Shown: one piece after another, positions 54,705 to 61,922 of the stretch
How the letters are laid out: the number at the start of each line of letters is the position of its first letter
Position numbering within the stretch: the first letter of the stretch is position 1
DNA from: Nocardioidaceae bacterium
Lineage (GTDB): Bacteria > Actinomycetota > Actinomycetes > Propionibacteriales > Nocardioidaceae
Direction of reading: 5' to 3'
Length of the DNA: 64,000 nt
NCBI GenBank assembly: GCA_036259355.1
Contig: DATABY010000046.1
Span: 1,290-65,289, forward strand
The notes under the pieces: generated by a model
The model's input: the letters and a program-made list of their open reading frames with translations, nothing else
Told to the model about the DNA's origin: nothing
Databases searched by the model: none
Made by a program: the position numbers and the translations under genes

Positions 54705-56927
54705 ATGCCGCCGATGTCCATCGCGATCACCCCCGAGCAGCGCGCGCTGCAGGAGAGCATCCGCTCCTGGGCGCAGCGCTCCGAGCCGATCGCATGGCTG
54801 CGCACGCGGGCCGACGCGGAGCAGGACGCGGTGCTTGCCGGTCCAGCACTGCCGGACTCCTGGAGGACGCTCGCGGGGCTCGGGCTGCTGGCGGTCCACC
54901 TCGGCGAGGACGTCGGCGGCTCCGGCGGCACGGTCACCGATCTCGCGGCCGGCCTCGAGGAAGCCGCCCGGGTGCAGGCTCCCGGCGCGGTGCTGACCAC
55001 GGCGCTCGCCGGCCTGCTGCTGGGCCGCTGCGACGGGACCGCTGCCAAGGAGCTGCTGCCGGCACTGGCCGAGGGCACCGCCGTCGCCGGCGTCGCGCTT
55101 TCTGCGCACGGCCTGCGGGCCCACCCCGACGGCGACGGAGTGCGCGTGCAGGGCGACACCGACTCCGTGCTCGACGCCGGGGTCGCCGACGTGCTGCTCC
55201 TGGGCGCAGGGTCGGCGGGCGGCGCCGAAACGTGGTGCGTGGTCGATGTTCGCGCCCCCGGGGTCACCGTGGAGCACCAGCGGCCCCTCGACCCGAGCCG
55301 TGCGCCGGCGAAGGTGCGCCTCGACCTCGTCGTACCCGCTGACCGGCTGCTGGGCGAGCTCGACGCGGCCACGGCTCAGGAGGCGGCCGCGGTGCTCGCC
55401 GCGGCGGAGGCTGCCGGGCTGGCCGCATGGGCCCTGTCCAGCGCGGTCGAGCACGCCCGCACCCGCGAGCAGTTCGGGCGACCGGTCGGCTCGTTCCAGG
55501 CGGTCAAGCACCTGTGCACGCAGATGCTGTGCCGTGCCGAGCTCGTCGCTGCCGCGGCATGGGATGCGGCCAGGGCGTACGACGACGGCTCCGCCGGTCG
55601 CGGCCTCGCCGCCGCGAGTGCGGCCGCCGTCGCCGTCGACGGTGCGGTCGACAACGCCAAGGACTGCATCCAGGTGCTCGGCGGCATCGGCTACACCTGG
55701 GAGCACGACGCGCACCTGTACCTCCGCCGCGCGCTCGCCCTGCGCGCCCTGCTCGGCGGGAGCGCCCGCTGGCGCACGCGCACCGCCGACCTGGCGCTGG
55801 CCGGCCGCCGACGGCACGCCCGCGTCTCGCTCGAGGGGCAGGCGGAGCAGACCCGCGACGACGTGCGTCGCGTCGCCGACTCCTGTCGGCACCTGGAGCC
55901 CGCGGAGCAGCGCCGGGTGCTCGCGGACAACGGCCTGCTCGCGCCGCACTGGCCGGAGCCGTACGGCCGGGACGCCGGACCGGCCGAGCAGCTGGTGATC
56001 GACGACGAGCTGGACCGGCAGGGCATCACGCGCCCCGGCCTGCTCATCGCCGGCTGGGCGCTGCCGACGATCATCGAGCACGGCAGCGACGAGCAGCGCG
56101 AGCGGTTCGTGCCGGACTCGCTGCGCGGGGCGATCACCTGGTGCCAGCTCTTCAGCGAACCCGGCGCCGGATCCGACCTCGCCTCCTTGCGCACGCGCGC
56201 CGAGCGCGTCGACGGCGGCTGGCGCCTCACCGGGCAGAAGGTGTGGACGTCGCTGGCGCACGAGGCGGACTGGGCGATCTGCCTGGCCCGCACCAACCCC
56301 GATGCGCCCAAGCACAAGGGCATCACGTACTTCCTCGTCGACATGCGCTCCGACGGCGTCGAGGTGCGTCCGCTACGGGAGATGACCGGCGACGCGCTGT
56401 TCAACGAGGTGTTCCTCGACGGCGTGATCGTGCCCGACGACTGCGTGGTGGGTGAGGTCGACGGCGGCTGGCGGCTGGCTCGCGCGACGCTGGCCAACGA
56501 GCGGGTCGCGATGTCGGGCGGCTCCTCCCTCGGCTCGGCAGTGGAGCATCTGCTCACGCTGGCCACCGAGAGCGGTGCCGCCGACGACCCGGTCACCCGG
56601 CACCGCCTCGGCGCGCTGGTCGCGCAGGGCCATGCCGTCTCCATGCTCGGACTGCGCAGCACCATGCGCAGCCTTCGCGGCGACGGCCCCGGAGCGGAGT
56701 CGAGCGTGCAGAAGCTGGTCGGGGTGGAGCACCGGCAGGCGGTGGGCGAGGCCGCGCTGGAGCTGCTGGGCCCGGGTGCCGCGGTGGTCGACGACCGCTC
56801 GTCGCCGGTGGTGCACGAGATGCTGCTCAGCCGGTGCCTGAGCATCGCCGGCGGCACCACCCAGGTGCTCCGGTCGCTGGTCGGCGAGCGCGTGCTCGGC
56901 CTGCCCCGCGAACCCGCCGGCACCTGA
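54705..56927 (+). CDS. fadE34: Two-domain (tandem ACAD) acyl-CoA dehydrogenase, FadE34/ChsE3-like
   Basis: 740 aa with two ACAD-like halves. The C-terminal half has WCQLFSEPGAGSD and GQKVWTSLA. The KstR operator upstream mirrors the Rv3573c/Rv3574 arrangement. Confidence 0.75.
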   Translation: MPPMSIAITPEQRALQESIRSWAQRSEPIAWLRTRADAEQDAVLAGPALPDSWRTLAGLGLLAVHLGEDVGGSGGTVTDLAAGLEEAARVQAPGAVLTTALAGLLLGRCDGTAAKELLPALAEGTAVAGVALSAHGLRAHPDGDGVRVQGDTDSVLDAGVADVLLLGAGSAGGAETWCVVDVRAPGVTVEHQRPLDPSRAPAKVRLDLVVPADRLLGELDAATAQEAAAVLAAAEAAGLAAWALSSAVEHARTREQFGRPVGSFQAVKHLCTQMLCRAELVAAAAWDAARAYDDGSAGRGLAAASAAAVAVDGAVDNAKDCIQVLGGIGYTWEHDAHLYLRRALALRALLGGSARWRTRTADLALAGRRRHARVSLEGQAEQTRDDVRRVADSCRHLEPAEQRRVLADNGLLAPHWPEPYGRDAGPAEQLVIDDELDRQGITRPGLLIAGWALPTIIEHGSDEQRERFVPDSLRGAITWCQLFSEPGAGSDLASLRTRAERVDGGWRLTGQKVWTSLAHEADWAICLARTNPDAPKHKGITYFLVDMRSDGVEVRPLREMTGDALFNEVFLDGVIVPDDCVVGEVDGGWRLARATLANERVAMSGGSSLGSAVEHLLTLATESGAADDPVTRHRLGALVAQGHAVSMLGLRSTMRSLRGDGPGAESSVQKLVGVEHRQAVGEAALELLGPGAAVVDDRSSPVVHEMLLSRCLSIAGGTTQVLRSLVGERVLGLPREPAGT

Positions 56928-56949
56928 CAGGCAACGACAAGGACCCCGC

Positions 56950-59271
56950 GTGGACTTCTCCCTGGACGAGACGCAGCAGGCCGTGCAGCAGGTCGCGGCG
57001 GCGGTGCTGCGCCGCGAGCGCGAGCGGCTTGCCGCGCATGGCCACGACGACACGCTGGTTCCGCAGGCCGGTCCCGCCGTGGCCGACGCACCGGCGTACG
57101 ACGAGACCACCTGGAAGTCACTGGCTCAGGCGGGGATGCTGACGCTGACGGCGCCGCAACGGCTCGGTGGCGAGGGTCTCGGACTCCTCGAGGCCGCACT
57201 GGTGCTGCGGGAGATCGGCCGTCAGGTGATGCCGGTGCCCGCGGCCGCGACGTTCGCAGCGATGCTGTTCGTCGCCCGCAACGCCGCCGACGGTCAGCAG
57301 GACCGGTGGCTGGAGGGCACCGGTGCCGGTGACGCGCTGCTCACCTGTGCGCCCCCCGGTGCCGGCAGCGATGTCCGCGCCGAGCCCACCGAGGACGGCT
57401 GGCTGCTACGCGGGCGCGCCGCCGGCGTCGCGTACGCCCAGGCCGCCGGTTACGTGCTGCTCTCCGCCGTGGGGACGGGCGGACCGGTCGTCGTCGCGGT
57501 GGCACCCGCCGCGCGCGGAGTCACGGTGCGACCCGGGCACAGCTCCGCGCGGCGACCGGAGGCGACGGTCGTGCTCGACGGCGCCGTCGTGCCCGCCCGC
57601 GACGCCGTGGCCGGGGCCGACGCCGCCGGCGACCTCGAGCGGCTGTTCCTGGCCACCTCGTGCGCTGTCGCCGACGGTGTGCTGGCCGGCGCGCTGGAGC
57701 TCACCACCGAGCACGTCCGCACGCGCGAGCAGTTCGGCCGCCCACTGGCGTCGTTCCAGGGTGTCGCGGCGCAGGCCGCCGACGTCTACGTCGCCGTACG
57801 CACGACGCACCTGGCCACGCAGCGCGCCTGCTGGCGTCTGCACCATGGACTGGACGCCGACGAGGAGCTCGCGGTGGCGGCGTACTGGGCGGGCACGCAG
57901 GCTCCCGCCGCGATGCAGACGTGTCACCATCTGCACGGCGGCACCGGCGTCGACGCGACGTACCCGCTGCACCTGCACTACGGCTGGGTCAAGGACATCA
58001 CCCGCGTCCTCGGGGGCTCGGCCGGGACTCTGGACCGGCTCGGCGCCCGGCTGCGGCTCGACGACCGGGGTCACGAGGCGCCGCCCGAGGCGACCGGGAT
58101 GTTCATCGAGCTGACCGACCAGCAACGGGTGCTGCGGGACCGGCTGCGCACGTACTTCTCCGACCTGCTCTCCGCCGACGAGCGCCACACCATGCTGACC
58201 GAACGACACGGCCGCACCTACCGCGACGTGGTGCTGCGCATGGGCCGTGACGGCTGGCTCGGTGTCGGCTGGCCGCGGGAGTACGGCGGGCACGGCTTCG
58301 GTGAGGTGGAGCAGCAGATCTTCGTCAACGAGGCCGCGCGCGCCGACGTGCCGCTGCCGTACGTGACCCTGCAGACGGTCGGCCCGACCCTGCAAACGCA
58401 CGGAACCCCTGCGCAGCGGGAGATGTTCCTGCCGCGCATCCTCTCCGGCGACGTGCACTTCGCCATCGGCTACACCGAGCCCGACGCCGGCACCGACCTC
58501 GCCGCACTGCGCACCACCGCCGTGCGGGACGGCGACGAGTACGTCGTCAACGGCCAGAAGACGTTCACCACCGGCGCACACGACGCCGACTACATCTGGC
58601 TGGCGGTGCGCACCGACCCGGACGCGCCGCGGCACCAGGGGATCTCGATCCTGATCGTCGACACCAGGTCCGACGGCTACAGCTGGAGTCCGATCATCAC
58701 CTGCGACGGCGCGCACCACGTCAACGCGACCTACTTCGACAACGTACGGGTGCCGGCGTCCATGCTGGTCGGCGAGGAGAACAAGGGCTGGAGGCTGATC
58801 ACCACCCAGCTCAACCACGAGCGCGTGATGCTCGGCCCGGCGGGCCGTCTCGCCGGGCTGCTGCAGCGGGTCGTGGGCTGGGCGTCGGACCGGCAGGCGC
58901 CCGACGGCCGTCCGCTGCTGGAGACGCCCGCCGTACGCCGGGCCCTGGCGGAGGCGCAGGCCCGCCTCACGGTCAACGAGACACTCAACTGGCAGGTGGC
59001 CGTATCGGCAGCGGCCGGGCGGGTCCTGGTGGCCGACGCGTCGGCCACCAAGGTCTTCGCCTCCGAGCACGTCCAGCACATCGGGCGGCTGCTGGAGGAG
59101 GTCGTCGGCTCTTACGGCGACCCCGGCGAGCCCGCCACCGCGCAGCTGCTGAGCTGGCTCGACGTGCAGACCCGCCGCAACCTGGTGCTGACCTTCGGCG
59201 GCGGCGTGAACGAGATCCAGCGCGAGCTGATCGCCCAGATGGGTCTTGGTCTCCCGCGGGTGCCCCGGTGA
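56950..59271 (+). CDS. Single-polypeptide fusion of FadE28 (ChsE1)-like and FadE29 (ChsE2)-like acyl-CoA dehydrogenase subunits
   Basis: Continuous 773-aa ORF. aa 1-383 are FadE28-like (QAPAAMQTCHHLHGGTGVD). aa 384-773 start MFIELTDQQRVL and are FadE29-like (GYTEPDAGTDL, VNGQKTFTTGAHDADY, GGGVNEIQRELIA). Followed by chsH2-chsH1-ltp2. Confidence 0.8.
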   Translation: MDFSLDETQQAVQQVAAAVLRRERERLAAHGHDDTLVPQAGPAVADAPAYDETTWKSLAQAGMLTLTAPQRLGGEGLGLLEAALVLREIGRQVMPVPAAATFAAMLFVARNAADGQQDRWLEGTGAGDALLTCAPPGAGSDVRAEPTEDGWLLRGRAAGVAYAQAAGYVLLSAVGTGGPVVVAVAPAARGVTVRPGHSSARRPEATVVLDGAVVPARDAVAGADAAGDLERLFLATSCAVADGVLAGALELTTEHVRTREQFGRPLASFQGVAAQAADVYVAVRTTHLATQRACWRLHHGLDADEELAVAAYWAGTQAPAAMQTCHHLHGGTGVDATYPLHLHYGWVKDITRVLGGSAGTLDRLGARLRLDDRGHEAPPEATGMFIELTDQQRVLRDRLRTYFSDLLSADERHTMLTERHGRTYRDVVLRMGRDGWLGVGWPREYGGHGFGEVEQQIFVNEAARADVPLPYVTLQTVGPTLQTHGTPAQREMFLPRILSGDVHFAIGYTEPDAGTDLAALRTTAVRDGDEYVVNGQKTFTTGAHDADYIWLAVRTDPDAPRHQGISILIVDTRSDGYSWSPIITCDGAHHVNATYFDNVRVPASMLVGEENKGWRLITTQLNHERVMLGPAGRLAGLLQRVVGWASDRQAPDGRPLLETPAVRRALAEAQARLTVNETLNWQVAVSAAAGRVLVADASATKVFASEHVQHIGRLLEEVVGSYGDPGEPATAQLLSWLDVQTRRNLVLTFGGGVNEIQRELIAQMGLGLPRVPR

Positions 59272-60254
59272 GCGACGCTGCGAGCGCGGGGGAGCGGATC
59301 CAGGGCAGGGCCGCGCAGATCATCGCGGCCGGCGACAGTGCCCGGCGCATGGCACGCGACCCGGTCAACGAGGCGATGGTGCACAACTGGGTCGAGGCGC
59401 TCGACGACCGCAACCCCGTGTACGTCGACCGCTTGGCCGCGGAGGCGTCGGTGCACCAGGAGGTCGTCGCACCACCGGCGATGATCCAGGTGTGGACCAT
59501 GCCCGGGCTGCGGCCCGACCCCACCGTGCAGGACGGCGACCCCTTGCGACAGATGATGGGGGTGCTCGACCGGGAGGGGTTCACCTCCGTGGTCGCCACC
59601 GACTCCGAGCAGACCTACCACCGCTACCTGCGCATGGGCGAGCACCTCGAGGTGTCCACCCGGCTCGAGGAGGTGGTCGGCCCCAAGCGGACCGGTCTGG
59701 GCGAGGGCTGGTTCGTGACCACGGTGTCGACGTGGTGGGTCGGTGACGAGGCCGTCGGCCGGATGCGGTTCAAGGTGCTGAAGTTCCGCCCCAAGCAAGC
59801 GGAGAGGTCGGGCCGGTCGGAGCACCCGGAGGCGGTCGCGCCGGGCTCCGTGCTGCGGCCGGCGGTCAACCGCGACACCGCGTTCTTCTGGGAGGGCGCC
59901 CGAGCAGGCGAGCTGCGCATCCAGCGGTGCGAGGACTGCGGGGCCCTGCGGCACCCGCCGGGGCCCCTGTGCATCTCGTGCGGATCGACCCGGCGGGGCC
60001 ACACCGTGGCGAGCGGCCGGGGCGCCATCTTCAGCTACGTCGTGCACCACCACCCGCCGGTACCCGGCAAGGAGCTCCCCCTGGTGATCGTGCTGGTCGA
60101 GCTGAAGGAGGGTGTCCGCATGCTCGGCGAGCTGCACGACGCCGAACCGGAGACCGTCGCGATCGGGCAGCCGGTGCGGTCCCGGATGCACCGGGTCGAC
60201 GACGACCTGACCCTGCCGGCCTGGGTGCCGGCCGCATCGGAGGCAGACGCATGA
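59268..60254 (+). CDS. chsH2: MaoC-like enoyl-CoA hydratase subunit with C-terminal DUF35 OB-fold/zinc-ribbon domain (ChsH2-like)
   Basis: N-terminal hot-dog region plus a C-terminal CEDCGALRHPPGPLCISCGS zinc ribbon. GTGA coupling to the ACAD fusion. Confidence 0.78.
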   Translation: MSDAASAGERIQGRAAQIIAAGDSARRMARDPVNEAMVHNWVEALDDRNPVYVDRLAAEASVHQEVVAPPAMIQVWTMPGLRPDPTVQDGDPLRQMMGVLDREGFTSVVATDSEQTYHRYLRMGEHLEVSTRLEEVVGPKRTGLGEGWFVTTVSTWWVGDEAVGRMRFKVLKFRPKQAERSGRSEHPEAVAPGSVLRPAVNRDTAFFWEGARAGELRIQRCEDCGALRHPPGPLCISCGSTRRGHTVASGRGAIFSYVVHHHPPVPGKELPLVIVLVELKEGVRMLGELHDAEPETVAIGQPVRSRMHRVDDDLTLPAWVPAASEADA

Positions 60255-60709
60255 GCGCTGACTTGCTCGCACCCACGAAGACCGCGGCCGACGTGTCTGT
60301 GGGAGACCGGCTGGAAGCCGTGTCGGTCCCGATCACGCCGACGTTGGTCGTGAGCACGGCGCTGGCTACGCGCGACTTCCAGGACGTCCACCACGACCGT
60401 GACCTCGCGCAGAGCCGCGGGTCCAAGGACATCTTCCTCAACATCCTGACGAGCACCGGCCTGGTGCAGCGGTTCGTCACCGACTGGGCGGGACCGGAAG
60501 CCCTGGTGCGCGGGGTGTCGGTGCGGCTCGGAGCCCCGTGCTATCCCTACGACACGCTCCGCTTCGTCGGGGAGGTGACCGACCTGGTCACCGAGACGGC
60601 CGGTGCCATGGGGCCAGTCCTCCATATCGTCAAAGTGACTGGAAAGACCGAACTCGGTGACCATGTGGTCGCCACGGTGCGGCTGCAGCTGCCGGTCCGG
60701 GAGGCGTGA
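60251..60709 (+). CDS. chsH1: MaoC-like enoyl-CoA hydratase subunit (ChsH1-like)
   Basis: 152 aa with the hydratase motif RDFQDVHHDRDLA. ATGA coupling. Confidence 0.78.
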   Translation: MSADLLAPTKTAADVSVGDRLEAVSVPITPTLVVSTALATRDFQDVHHDRDLAQSRGSKDIFLNILTSTGLVQRFVTDWAGPEALVRGVSVRLGAPCYPYDTLRFVGEVTDLVTETAGAMGPVLHIVKVTGKTELGDHVVATVRLQLPVREA

Positions 60710-61914
60710 TGGCCGCGGGACCGCGTGCCACCGCCACGCCAAGGCACCTCTCGGGCCGCTGCGCGATCGCGGGCATCGGCGCGACCGACTTCTCCAAGGA
60801 CTCCGGCCGCAGTGAGCTGCGGCTCGCCGTGGAGTGCGTGCGCGCGGCGCTCGACGACGCCGGTCTGGCATCGGCCGACGTGGACGGCATGGTCACGTTC
60901 ACGATGGACGCCAACGCCGAGGTCGCGGTGGCGCGTGAGCTCGGTGTACCGGAGCTGCGGTTCTTCAGCCGCGTCCCGTACGGCGGTGGTGCCGCGTGTG
61001 CGACCGTGCAGCAGGCCGCGATGGCGGTCGCCACCGGAGTCGCCGACGTCGTGGTCTGCTACCGGGCGTTCAACGAGCGGTCCGGACAGCGCTTCGGGCA
61101 GGTGTCCCAGGCCGCGCTGACGCAGCCGACGTCGTCCGGGGTGGACAACAGCTGGTCCTACCCGTTCGGGCTCGGTACACCTGCCGCCAGCGTCGCGATG
61201 TTCGCGCAGCGGTACATGCACCGGACGGGCGCCACCAGCGCCGACTTCGGCCGGGTCGCGGTCGCCGACCGCAGGCACGCCGCGACCAACCCCAACGCGT
61301 GGTTCTACGAGCGGCCGATCACCTTGGCGGACCACCAGGCCTCCCGATGGATGACCGAGCCGCTGCACCTGCTCGACTGCTGCCAGGAGACCGACGGCGG
61401 CGTGGCGCTGGTGGTGACCAGCACGGAGCGAGCGCGCGACCTGCCGAACCCGCCGGCCGTGGTGGTCGCCGCGGCGCAGGGCAGCGGGCGCGACCAGTTC
61501 ACGATGACCAGCTACTACCGCGACGACCTGACCGGGCTGCCCGAGATGGGTCTCGTCGGCAGCCAGCTCTGGTCGCAGTCGGGGCTGCGCCCCGACGACG
61601 TGCAGACCGCGGTGCTCTACGACCACTTCACGCCGTTCGTGCTGGTGCAGCTCGAGGAGCTCGGCTTCTGCGCGTTCGGCGAGGCCAGGGACTTCATCGC
61701 CGACGGCGCGATCGAGGTGGGTGGCCGGCTGCCGCTGAACACGCACGGCGGTCAGCTGGGGGAGGCCTACATCCACGGCATGAACGGCATCGCCGAGGGC
61801 GTACGCCAGGTCCGCGGGTCGGCGGTGAACCAGGTCGACGACGTGGCGCACGTGCTGGTGACCGCGGGCACCGGCGTGCCCACCAGCGGCCTGGTGCTCT
61901 CCGCTTCGGTGTGA
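60706..61914 (+). CDS. ltp2: Thiolase-fold steroid side-chain retro-aldolase (Ltp2-like, nonspecific lipid-transfer protein family)
   Basis: CAIAGIGATDFSKDSGRSE and NTHGGQLGEAYIHGMNG (SCP-x-type thiolase fold). Last gene of the igr-like operon. Confidence 0.78.
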   Translation: MMAAGPRATATPRHLSGRCAIAGIGATDFSKDSGRSELRLAVECVRAALDDAGLASADVDGMVTFTMDANAEVAVARELGVPELRFFSRVPYGGGAACATVQQAAMAVATGVADVVVCYRAFNERSGQRFGQVSQAALTQPTSSGVDNSWSYPFGLGTPAASVAMFAQRYMHRTGATSADFGRVAVADRRHAATNPNAWFYERPITLADHQASRWMTEPLHLLDCCQETDGGVALVVTSTERARDLPNPPAVVVAAAQGSGRDQFTMTSYYRDDLTGLPEMGLVGSQLWSQSGLRPDDVQTAVLYDHFTPFVLVQLEELGFCAFGEARDFIADGAIEVGGRLPLNTHGGQLGEAYIHGMNGIAEGVRQVRGSAVNQVDDVAHVLVTAGTGVPTSGLVLSASV

Positions 61915-61922
61915 GGGCCCGG

